From: Candidatus Woesearchaeota archaeon
GTDB taxonomy: Archaea; Nanobdellota; Nanobdellia; Woesearchaeales; ARS49
Length of the DNA stretch: 64,000 nt
Assembly: GCA_003599055.1 (NCBI GenBank)
Contig: QZIM01000002.1
Location: forward strand, 70,097-134,096
Direction of reading: 5' to 3'
The translations under genes were made by a program, and so were the position numbers. Below are positions 17,539 to 27,500 of the stretch, piece after piece; the first letter of the stretch is position 1; each line of letters opens with the position of its first letter. The notes under the pieces are model-generated. The model searched no databases. It was given only the letters and a program-made list of their open reading frames with translations, and had not been told where the DNA came from.

Positions 17539-18478
17539 TTGCTGCGCGCACCGCATCAATTCCTTTTCCGGTTTTTGCGCTTGCGGCAATTGATTCAGGG
17601 TACGGTTTTGAAAGGTCAGTTTTGTTGCTGACAATGATGACGGGGACGGCAAATTGTTTTTTGATGTCCGCAAGGAGTTTCTCTTGGTCGCCAATCGGGT
17701 AGCCGCAGCTTTCCGTGGGGTCAATAATGAATACGACGAGGTTTGCGACGTGCTTGAGTGCAAGGATTGCCTGGCGTTCGATGGGGTTTCGTTTTGCGAT
17801 GGGGCGGTCAAGGAGTCCTGGCGTGTCAATGTATTGGTTTTCTTCCGCATCGTACCCTAAATTGAGTTTTTGCGTGGTGAACGGGTAGCTTGCAACGTGG
17901 GGTTTTGCGCCGGTGATTGCGGCAAGGAGGGTTGATTTGCCGACGTTGGGCATTCCTGCGATGACGATGGTGGGGACGGATGTTTTGAGCGCGGGGTAGC
18001 TTTTCATTATTTTGCGCGCGCCTTCAAGGAATTCGAGGTTTTTCTTGATTTGTTTCATAACGGAGCTTGCCCTGCCGGAAAATGAGGTGCGGACAACGTT
18101 GAAGTGGTGGAGGCGCTTGTTTCTGCGCAGTTCGATGATGGTTTGGTCAAGGAGGTTTTGGAGCTGTTTTTTTGCCCAGTTAAGCGCGCCAAGGCTTTTT
18201 TTCAGCAGTTCATAATCGATGGTGCAGTGGACAAGTTCATTGTAAAACGGCGGAAGATGGTCGATGCTGGGGAATCGTTTGATGATGCCGTCAAGGTTGC
18301 TGATAAGTGATTTTGCGACGGTCATCACGCGTGCGCTTTCAACTCTGCGGCTTTTGACGATGCGGTCCTGGCTTTTGGTGTCTGAGCGGATGCTTTCCGC
18401 TACTTTCATGCTGTCCTTGAACGCCATATCAAGGTATTGCTCGTAGGTTTCAATTTTGCCAAGCCCTTGGAAGTTCAT
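17489..18478 (-). CDS. NOG1/Obg-family GTPase (nucleolar GTP-binding protein 1 homolog)
   Basis: G1 GMPNVGKST, G3 DTPG and G4 NKTD motifs, preceded by an N-terminal helical NOG1-like domain of about 170 aa. Start placed at the internal ATG (MNFQGLG). Confidence 0.7.
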   Translation of the reverse strand: MNFQGLGKIETYEQYLDMAFKDSMKVAESIRSDTKSQDRIVKSRRVESARVMTVAKSLISNLDGIIKRFPSIDHLPPFYNELVHCTIDYELLKKSLGALNWAKKQLQNLLDQTIIELRRNKRLHHFNVVRTSFSGRASSVMKQIKKNLEFLEGARKIMKSYPALKTSVPTIVIAGMPNVGKSTLLAAITGAKPHVASYPFTTQKLNLGYDAEENQYIDTPGLLDRPIAKRNPIERQAILALKHVANLVVFIIDPTESCGYPIGDQEKLLADIKKQFAVPVIIVSNKTDLSKPYPESIAASAKTGKGIDAVRAAITSALARQHTSAQNPA

Positions 18479-18711
18479 AGCGTGCAAATCAGGCAGTCGC
18501 TTTTTAAATGTATGTGTTGAAGAAGATAAAAAGCGACTTGCCCAAGTCCTGCGTTGCGAGCCATTTTGCAGGATGGGCAAGTCAAAGCGATTGCAGCTTT
18601 ATTGTTTTAGAAGCGTATCGGTCAAAAACCGGGAAGGTTTTCAAGCGAAGCAGCAATAGTTCCCAACTTTTGAACAGCACACTCTTTAATCGCAGATTTC
18701 TTGTGTGTTGG

Positions 18712-18996
18712 ATGGAGTTGGATGAAGTAAAAAACAGGCTCAAGGAAGTCAAGAAATTTATTTTTGGCCCTCACGCGGAAGAGCAGCGGGGTGCTCGGGG
18801 CGGACCGCTCAAAGAAGTCATCCGTCATTTAACTGACCCTTCCTCTCTTCGCGAATGTTCGCTTCAAGTCGGAGCATACGGGGACACGATTTATCGCCTG
18901 GTGTTTGAATTGTCTGATGGGTTATTTATCATTCCAGTAATATTCAGGGGTGAAAAGTTATTTATAGTTACATTCATAAGGAGGTACCGAAAATGA
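18712..18996 (+). CDS. DUF4258 domain protein (toxin-like partner of DUF2283)
   Basis: GPHAEEQRGARGG...EVIRHL resembles the DUF4258 H..R..ERGI core. Its stop overlaps the start of the downstream DUF2283 gene (ATGA). Confidence 0.5.
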   Translation: MELDEVKNRLKEVKKFIFGPHAEEQRGARGGPLKEVIRHLTDPSSLRECSLQVGAYGDTIYRLVFELSDGLFIIPVIFRGEKLFIVTFIRRYRK

Positions 18997-19325
18997 AGCT
19001 ATTGCCGTATAGGGAAGACGTGGATGTTTTTTTTGTCTCAAAGGGGTATCGGAAGGGCGAGCGTTTTCTGACGAATGAACTGTTCGGTGATATCGTCCTT
19101 GATGTGTCAGACCGAAAAGAGGTGCGCGGTGTGGAGATTCTTTGCGCATCGGCGTTTTTCAATCGCGTTGGAATTGAACTTGATTTCTTGCGTCGCGTGC
19201 GTTCTGCTGAATTTGTTTTTACTAATGCGGAAGGTAATTTATCTATTTTGATCCGAATGATTGATTCAGTGGGAGTTCAAAAGTCGTGCGCTTTTCCTTT
19301 GCTTGAATTGGCTGCTTTGGCTTAG
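18993..19325 (+). CDS. DUF2283 domain protein
   Basis: The N-terminus MKLLPYREDVDVFFVS matches the DUF2283 consensus start (MKI.YD.E.D.L.I). A GGAGG RBS lies 6 nt upstream. Confidence 0.55.
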   Translation: MKLLPYREDVDVFFVSKGYRKGERFLTNELFGDIVLDVSDRKEVRGVEILCASAFFNRVGIELDFLRRVRSAEFVFTNAEGNLSILIRMIDSVGVQKSCAFPLLELAALA

Positions 19326-19945
19326 CTCGCCCGCACGGTTCTCACTGCGCCGCGGTTGCTTTGCGCAACTTTGGTATCGCCGACATAGACGATGTAATAG
19401 GCGTAGTAGTCTTTTGCGGCGGTTCCGCCGATGTACTCGTCAAAGACGTATCCTTTGGCAAAGCTGACGTAGCGGTCGCCAAAGTTGAGGGGGACGATTT
19501 CGCAGCTGATTGCGCCAATGCCGCGGCTGAGTTCTGAGCAGAGTTCGACGCGCAAATGGTCCCGTGGGTCGTCAAAGTAGGGGCCAAATGACCCGGCGAA
19601 GGTCTTGATGTCGTCATCCTCGACGCGGATGAACCGTCCTGAGTCGTAGTCTTGGTTGGAGGGGACAAGGATGTTGTTGACCCAGAAGTTGACTTCTTGG
19701 GGGAAGACTTCGCTTGCGGGGATTCCGGGCTGTTTGGGCTCGATTTCGGGCGCGCGCGGTGTTGGCGTTCCTGTCTCAGGTGATACGTCAATGCGAGGGG
19801 ATGGTTGTTCTGTTTGTTGTCCGTCATAGGTTGGCGGGGGTGGAATTGGGATGGTTCGGTATTCTGGCTGCTTTTGCGCGGCTAAGATGACCAGTACAAC
19901 AAGTGCGATTGCGAGCAAAATTCCAACGATTACTTTTTTGACCAT
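19322..19945 (-). CDS. signal-anchored Pro-rich extracellular protein
   Basis: N-terminal TM anchor (MVKKVIVGILLAIALVVLVILAA), a Pro-rich linker (IPIPPPPTYD...PRAPEIEPKQPGIP) and then a globular domain. Confidence 0.5.
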   Translation of the reverse strand: MVKKVIVGILLAIALVVLVILAAQKQPEYRTIPIPPPPTYDGQQTEQPSPRIDVSPETGTPTPRAPEIEPKQPGIPASEVFPQEVNFWVNNILVPSNQDYDSGRFIRVEDDDIKTFAGSFGPYFDDPRDHLRVELCSELSRGIGAISCEIVPLNFGDRYVSFAKGYVFDEYIGGTAAKDYYAYYIVYVGDTKVAQSNRGAVRTVRAS

Positions 19946-20724
19946 GGGACGATGAGGTTGATTCGGGCAAAATGCAGGAGGGGCACGCTGATGGCTGCGT
20001 AGACGGCAAGCGCAATTGGCGGCCGGAGCATCCAGTTGAGGGGCAAGGTGAGCGCGACAAAGGTGATGAGTGCGCTCACAAGCCACGCGGGACCTGCTTT
20101 TTTTGCCTGTTTGAATGCAAAGAGAAACGTGTTTTTAAACGTTTGGTCGTGCGAAAGAAGTGCGTAGCTTGTTTGGGCAAGATAGGCAATGATGGCTGTT
20201 GCGATGATGAAGAGCGCGCTTGCCGTTCCTGAGCTGACAACAGGGAGGATGGTGGTCGTGCTGCCTTCAAGGATGCTGTACGCAATCAGGGTTGCGAGAA
20301 GGAAGGCGAACCAAAGAAGTGTGAGCCCGATGAATTTGAGCCAAGTGCGCTTCAGTGATACGGGGTGTACGAGCGAGTGGCTAAGGTACCATATCGGCCC
20401 GCGCACAAGGAGCGTGATGCCAAGGATACCAAGGAAGAAGTAGGCAATGTTTTCCAAAAGGCGCAAATACGCGGTCATAAACGCGTCGTTTTCCGAGAGG
20501 GTTTGGTCAAGCGTGTACAGTTCCGCATCGGTTTTCTGCTGGATTTCTTCCTGCATCACTTCGCCTGCGCGAAGCGCGGCGTCTGCCGACGGGATAAAGA
20601 AGTGGTAATGCAGGTACAGGACAGAAATAAAGAAGATTGCTTCAAGCAGCAAAATGACGGGAAGCATCTTCTTGTTTTTCCAAAAGACATTCCACGATTT
20701 TGGCAGGGTTTGGGAGAGGGTCAT
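19930..20724 (-). CDS. polytopic membrane protein, hypothetical
   Basis: Six predicted TM helices. Its first 100 nt are duplicated at 21443-21543. Confidence 0.5.
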   Translation of the reverse strand: MTLSQTLPKSWNVFWKNKKMLPVILLLEAIFFISVLYLHYHFFIPSADAALRAGEVMQEEIQQKTDAELYTLDQTLSENDAFMTAYLRLLENIAYFFLGILGITLLVRGPIWYLSHSLVHPVSLKRTWLKFIGLTLLWFAFLLATLIAYSILEGSTTTILPVVSSGTASALFIIATAIIAYLAQTSYALLSHDQTFKNTFLFAFKQAKKAGPAWLVSALITFVALTLPLNWMLRPPIALAVYAAISVPLLHFARINLIVPWSKK

Positions 20725-20726
20725 GG
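20626..20726. repeat. 101-bp direct repeat, copy 1 (spans start codon of 19930..20724)
   Basis: 99 of 101 nt are identical to 21443-21543, which contains the ATG of the membrane gene overlapping the TGA of the PIN gene. Confidence 0.7.
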
Positions 20727-21119
20727 GGTAATGCGCGTTATGTTCTTGATTTGGTCAAAGTCATCATCGTAGCTTGCAATGGTGGTGATGCCATTTACTC
20801 GCATGGTTGCGAGGTGGATTGCGTCGCGGGGATTGAGATTATCATGAGTGTAAGCGTGGAGTGCTTCTTCGATGATTTGTTGTGTCGTATCAAGGAAGGC
20901 AAGGTTGCGGATATCGAGGAGGTTTCTCGCCACGTTTGCTGCGAAGGGCTTGCCTTTTTCCCGTTGCAGGGCCCACAGTGCTTCGTCGATAGTGAGAACG
21001 GACGTGGCTGCTTCTTGGTTTCCCTTGATGATGTGCATAAGGAGGCGTCTGCTCTTTTTTCCGGGTTCAGCATCATTTGCTGCTGAATTGATGAGGATAT
21101 TTGAGTCGATGTAAATCAT
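20721..21119 (-). CDS. vapC: PIN-domain ribonuclease (VapC toxin)
   Basis: MIYIDSNILIN with the first Asp, about 133 aa, acidic residues later. Start placed at the internal ATG so that it overlaps the antitoxin stop (ATGA). Confidence 0.7.
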   Translation of the reverse strand: MIYIDSNILINSAANDAEPGKKSRRLLMHIIKGNQEAATSVLTIDEALWALQREKGKPFAANVARNLLDIRNLAFLDTTQQIIEEALHAYTHDNLNPRDAIHLATMRVNGITTIASYDDDFDQIKNITRITP

Positions 21120-21358
21120 TGTTTTGCCAGGTGTTCTTCGTATTCTTTGGAAGTGTATGCTTTTTTTTGTCCGATTTCTTTTGCGCATCGTTCAAGAAAC
21201 GCAATCGGGTCCTCTGTGCGTGGCCTTGTGATGAGGATACCGTCAGGTGTTTCTTTAATGACGACGTCCTTTCCAGGGTAGAACTTGTACTCGTCTCGCA
21301 GTAGTTTTGGAATGAGCACTTGCCCTTTCGGCCCAAGTTTTACCGTGAGTTGTACCAT
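21116..21358 (-). CDS. vapB: AbrB/SpoVT-type antitoxin (VapB/MazE-like)
   Basis: LTVKLGPKGQVLIPKLLRDEY is a swapped-hairpin AbrB motif in an 80-aa protein, translationally coupled to the PIN gene. Confidence 0.65.
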   Translation of the reverse strand: MVQLTVKLGPKGQVLIPKLLRDEYKFYPGKDVVIKETPDGILITRPRTEDPIAFLERCAKEIGQKKAYTSKEYEEHLAKQ

Positions 21359-21442
21359 TTCTTACCTTGAGTTCTACTTTGTGTATTTAAATGTTTCTGT
21401 CTCCCGGGACAAAAAAGCAGAACAGGACAGGACGAGCACGGC

Positions 21443-21543
21443 AATAAAGAAGATTGCTTCAAGCAGCAAAATGACGGGAAGCATCTTCTTGTTTTTCCAA
21501 AAGACATTCCCCGATTTTGGCAGGGTTTGGGAGAGGGTTATGG
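21443..21543. repeat. 101-bp direct repeat, copy 2 (carries stop codon of giant gene)
   Basis: Second copy of 20626-20726. Here ATGA has become ATAA, which supplies the TAA stop of the 2419-aa gene. Confidence 0.7.
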
Positions 21544-24500
21544 TTGGCTCGCTTGTGCGCGCAGGTTTGTTATTGCTTCGTCAATTTCCCTGATTCTGTT
21601 TGTGATTACTATCGAAACGTGTGAAAAGACTGATCTTAGTTGTTGTTCCGTTTGCGCATCGCGTAATTGTTGGGCGACATCAGCGGTGTTTCCTGCGAAC
21701 GGTCGACTTTGTGATATGACAAGGCCTATTGTTGTTCTGAAGTTTGGTTCGGTCTGTCCGCTTGCAACAGGAGTAGTGCTGATTTCATCCAGTTGATTAA
21801 TGTGTGTGGTAAAAGTAGCCCCAACGCTGTTTATCTGCTGAATTGCTTCTGTTCGTGCAGGGTCTGCGGCGTACGCGAGTATGTTGGGGTAGGAGGGGTC
21901 TCGCCGTTGTTCGAAGTATGTTTTTTGGGCAGTAAGTTGTTGTTTGTAGTTGTCAAGTATGGTGATTGCTCTTTGTATTTTCTCAAGGCGAGATATGGTT
22001 TGAATTGATGGAGGAGGGGTGGGAGGTCTGCCGGCAGCGGCAAGTTCAAGAGATGCTTTTGCATGAGTGAGGTCTTCCATCACGAAATTCGTTGCGATGT
22101 TGTAAGATCCGACTGATTCTCGGATAATATCAATCGTTCCTGCTGTTGAGAACTCATTCTTTCGTTGGGGAAGGTTGCCTGGGTTCAACCAAACAGTAAT
22201 GGTGTCGCGTATTATGCGTGTACGTCTTGTGCTCTCGGCAACACTCGGCGCGGTCTGGTTTAATGCTTCAAGTCGGGATATGTGCTGTTCGATTACGGAC
22301 TTTTGGCGTTGGAGGACAGAAATGTATTCATCCATCTGGGTGATGGTTGTTGAGAGCAAGGGTGGACGGGTATATGCGAGAAGTTCGGTGTCACTTTTGC
22401 TCATAATCTCACTAAATCTTGCTCTGTGTATTTGTTGTTCTGCATTGAATTGGTCAATAGTGCTGATTACTCCGCTCAGTGTCTGAAGGGAGGTCGTTTG
22501 TGGTATCTGCGGCGCACTTGTCACCGGTGCTCTCTGTGCAGGACCAAGGATGCTGGTGATGAATTGTTGTGTTTTTGCTTGGAGGTCGGTTGCGAATGCT
22601 GCGGCATCAGGTGGTGCAGGGGTTATTTCGGTTCCGTTGTTTGCGCGCAAGATGACCCCGAATAGCTGGTTATTACGGTAGATGATGACTGCGTTGCGGT
22701 TAAACTCAAGGAGGGCGACGCGGTATTCGTTGTTTTCAGGGGTGCTTGCATAGATTCCTCTGCCGGCGTCGTACCTGAATTCAGTAATTTGTCCGGTGAA
22801 GTCGCGCAGGGTGATGGTGTTTGTTTGTCCGTTGTATTGCCACGCATTTGTTCCGTAAATTTGGTACACTTGTCCTGCCCGTTGTACTTGTCCTCCGAGT
22901 TGTTCGATTTGCCGTGCAGTATCAATCGTGTTGATGAGGGTTACTAATTCGCCGGTCTTTTCGCTGACTTCATCTGCGGTCGGCGCTTCGCTAAGTCCCG
23001 CTATTTGTGTGCGGATGGTGGTAAGTCTTGTTTTTGCCGTGTTTAATCGCGTTTTGTAATTGGTGAGTGTGGTGTTTGTTGTAAGCGCATTTGTCTTGTC
23101 ATTCGCATTCTGAATGTTTGGAATTGCGGTGCTGAATGCAGTGTGTGCTGTTTCAAACGGTTGTGTTTGTAATTGGTATGTTTCAAGCAGGTCATCAACA
23201 GTGCGTAGGAGCCGCAGTCGTATTTGCCTGCGTGCCGCGTCGTCTGCGGTGTCTGCGCGTGCGGCAGTGCCAAGTTCAGTGAAGGTCGTGCGCGCCTCTG
23301 CTTCTTTGCTGGCGATTGGCTGCAGGGTGTCAATGATGCGGCGAATCAGTTCGGCAACATTAGATGTTTGTGATGATTGGACTTGGCTTTGGATGCGGGG
23401 GTCTTGTTTGGTTGTGCAAATCGCGTTAAACGTGATGCTTTTGGTTACGGGTTCGTCAGTAATGGGGTCTATGCTGGTTTGTTCGGTTCTGATGCCGAAG
23501 CGGTCGGAATCTTTTGCGGTGTATGTGATGGTGAACGGTTGCGGCTGTAATTGTGCGGTTGGGTTCTCGCACGGGTTAAGGTCAGGGGTGAGTCCCCAGG
23601 AGATGAGGTATTGGCGTGTTTCTCCGGGTGCAAGGCCGATGGGTGCTTGGGGGAATTCAAGGACGATGCGGGGGATACCGACGCGTTGGTCTGTGGTTCC
23701 GGATATGGTTCCTGCGCCTGCGTACGTTATTTGTCTTTGCATAATTCCTTCGCTTGCGCCGGGGAGTTTTTGCCGTTTGCCGTTAAAGCCGTTTTCACCA
23801 ACGCCGCGCTCAGGGCTTGCATCGTAGAGTACGTAGGTTTCCCTGCGGTCGCTGTCTGCTTTGACTTCGATGATGAAGTTGAATGGTTCAGTGTGTTGTG
23901 TTCCGTCAGGTTTGAGAATGTTAACAAGGGCGATTGCGGACGCGGCGGGTTGTGCGGTTTGCGGGTTGTTCACTGAACTCCACTGGTTGATTTCTCGGTT
24001 TTGTGTTCTTCCGCTGCCGAACCAGTTTTGTGCAACGATTGGCCGCGCGCCGAAGTCTTCAAAGGACATGGTGTAATCGCCGTTTTTGAGGGTGCGAACT
24101 TCGTCTGATGAGCGCGCAACTTCCCTTCCTTGGCTGTTTTTGATGCTGTAGGAGAGGTATTTTGCTTCGGAGGGTTCTGTTTCGCTGAAGATGGTTTGGC
24201 GGACGCGTAACGTGGCAGCGACTGGTTCGTTGAGGGTGAAAACGGGTGTTGGGATATTCACGGTTGGCTGGACGGTTGCGTCAAGGAATTGGATGTTTCC
24301 TGTTTCGTCGCCAAGGACGCAGCGGAACGCAAGCGATAAGGGGTCAAAACGGCACATTGAGGGCGCGCTGCCGGGGCCGTCTGTGCTGATGGTGCACTCG
24401 TCGGTTTTTGACGTGCGGGTTTGCTTGCCGTCGTTCCACGACCAGCGAAGGTATGCCTTGTCGTAGCGGATTTGCCTATCACCGGGGGTTCCGTCCATTG

Positions 24501-27500
24501 TGATGAAGAGTTCTTTGTTTTCGATTTGCCCGTTTGCAACGTTTGTTGACAGTCCTTCCGGGTTCACCACGAGTTCTTTTGGCGTGTCGCAGTCGCATTT
24601 GCCGCGGGCAAACCCGTCGCTTTCGCGGCACTTAAAGCCGCCGCTGCATTTGAGGACGAGTTCGACGTTTTCAAGGGCTGCGCCTGCGGCGATTCCTGCG
24701 CCGAATTGGTATTGCCAGGTGACCAGGCCTGATGGTCGTGTTGCGGGGTTAAAGCCGATGAACCTGCGCGAGCAGGGGAAGAGAAGGCCGTAGCTTTCGG
24801 TGGGTACTTCTTGGATTGCAGCATCGAATGCTGCGTCAAGGTCAAGGTTCCACGTGCCGGTGAATGCGAAAAGGCAGATGGAGTGGACGAGTTTTTTCTC
24901 AACGAAGACTTGTTTGTACATACTGGTTTCGCCGTAGCGTGATTGGACTGAGCGTGAGAGTTCCGCGCCGGTTGAGGTAAGGGCGCCCATAACGTTGCCA
25001 ACGCCGCTGTATTCGAGGCGTTTGCCGCTTGGTGAGCTGAATTTTTGGGTAAAGCACGCGATTGCGTCATAGAGTAAGTCGCAGGCGTGTTGTGATACGA
25101 CTGCTTGGCAAACGCCTGATGAGCCGTCGCCCGTAAGGAGGATGGTGTTCATACAGTCTCTCACTGCGCCTAAGATGTTGCGCCAGCGTTGGAGGAATGC
25201 GATGAGTGTGGGGATGCAAATGCAGCGAAGGGAGTTGACAAGGCCGTCGCCCGGGCGGATGATGTATTCTTGGTCGGGTGTTCCGATGATTGCCATTGCC
25301 TGGTCGTAGATGTCTTGCCCGACGACCGGGCAGGTTTGGTCTGTGCCGTATCCTGCGGCGACGCAAAGGGCGTTGCGGAATCCCTGCATATCGGTGATGG
25401 TCTGTTTTTGGTAGTATTCCTCGATTTTTTCCTGGGTGAAGTAGGGTTGGATGCTGGTGCTGTCAACTTCGATTGCGTTAAGGTTTGCGTTGATGCGGTG
25501 CTGGTTGCTTGCAGGGGTGGTTCCTGCTTGGGGTGAGCGGTCGAATTCGATGGTTTCGGCGACGTAGCCCAAACGGATGTTGTATTCGCCGGTGGTCGCG
25601 GTTCCTCCTTGCGCGCTTTGCGGAATGAGGAGGAGGTAGAGTTGCTGTTCTTTTGGTGCTGCAAGGCCTGCAAGGACGCCGGTGGCTCCGCTGCCGGTAT
25701 CGCAGCACGCTTTGGCAACAGGGATGGTGTGCGGGGTTTCTTTGCCGTCGTTGTCGCAGAACCCGCCGACGGAGTTAAGGATGTTGCCGCATTCAACGCT
25801 GCCTTTGTTGGGGCCAAGGCTGATGCCTCCGGGCACGTTTGCTTTCTCTGCAGACAAACACGTGCTTTCTTCGATTTCGTTGAACGTGTCAAGTCCGAAT
25901 GCGGAAACGCCGCACGCAGAGCTCCATTCTTTCATATAGGCAAACCCGCAGCATTCAGGTGCGGCGGGGTGGAGGTCGTCGCAGTTGACTTTGCCTGAGG
26001 ATTGTGCGGAGCTTTCAAAGGGGTATGGTGCGCTGTCTGTTTGGTGGTCGCGCCATTTGAGGTAGATGTCTCGTACTTGGTTGTAGGTGAAGAAGAGTCT
26101 TGGCGGCTGTCGCAGGCGTGTTTGCTGCTGTTGTGCTGCTTGTGTTTGTCCTGCTTTTTTGATGAGTGCTGCGCAGTCAGAGCCTATCATCACTGACTCT
26201 CCTTCCTTGTAATACGTATCGCCGGTGTATTTTGCTTTTGCCGCATCGCTTGTGAGCGTGACCGGCGTGAGTCTTTGCGGTGCGTGTTGTCTCAGATAGT
26301 ATTGCAGTGATGGCGCGGAGGGGCACATGACGCGGTCGCATACCTGTCGATAGGTTTGGTCAACGAATGCGCGCCTGCGTTTTGCATCGGAACATTCATT
26401 GCAGTTTCCTTTTGCTTCGTCTTGGTCTGTTCCGCTGTATTCTTCGTTGCACGCGCCGATTGCGGCAACGTTCGGGTCGAATTTGCCTTCATCGTCAAGC
26501 GATGAGAGTACGGAATCAAACTCGCACTGGTATTTTTCGATAAAGATGGGGATGAGCGAGACTCCTTGTCCTGCAAGGCAGGTGTAGAACAAATACTTCC
26601 CGATGGTTTGGATGGGCTTAAGGACAGTGTCGATTCCTTCGATGATGCTGGTGAGAAGTTCAGAGGTGGTTTGAAGCAGTCCTTTTGGGATGTAGCGGGG
26701 AGGTATTGGGATGTCGATAGGCAGTTCAATGGAAACACACGTTCGTTGGAACTGTGTTGTTGTCTGTTCTGTTTCCTGTGTGCGGCGAACGAGCGGGTCG
26801 GTGCTGAGCGGTCCGACGGTTTCTTGGAACGGTATTTCAAGTTCGAAGAAGAGTTTCATGCAGCCAAAGCCGGGGACAAGGCAGTCTTTGAGGCGGTGTT
26901 TTGCGATTACTTCGCGCTTGGCGAACGTGGTGGCGTTGCTTGGCTCTTTTTCTTCCGCAAGTTCGGGCAGTTGTTGCCAGGGGTTGTCAATTGGCCTGAA
27001 GGTGAATTGCAGATAGCCGGTTCCTTCAGGGGTGCTTCCCCGTCCTGTTGACCGGACGCCGAGCGGGCGTTGGTTGTATGCGACAAGAGTATTATCATAA
27101 TCCTTTCGCGCTTCAGGGCCAAGTTCAAGCGGCAGTATTTTGATTTGGTTGCGGTTGATGGTCGCGCTTTGCCCGCCTTGGTATTTGTAGGTGAACGAGA
27201 GTCCGACTTGTTGGGCGCCTTGAATGAGTAATTGCGGGTTGAGGATTTCAGGGGTTGGCTTGCTGAGTTCGACCGCGATTTTTGTGCCGCTGCCGCAGAG
27301 CTGGTAGTCTATTTCTTCTTCCGAAGTTTGCGTGGTGAATCCGACGGCGTCGCTTGCGTCAAGGCGGATTTTGTTGCCCCAAACGATTTGTCCGACTGCG
27401 CGGGTTGCGTTCTTTTGGAGGGAGGTGCTGCGTTCAAGTTTGATGGGAATGCTGAACGTTCCGTCGTCTGCGGTAAGGACGGTCTTTTGCGGTTTTCCGT

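Noticed and set aside
18508-18711. N-terminal extension of the DUF4258 ORF (start at 18508)
   Set aside because: It would overlap the convergent GTPase gene terminus and adds no conserved sequence. The internal ATG at 18712 gives a DUF4258-sized protein.
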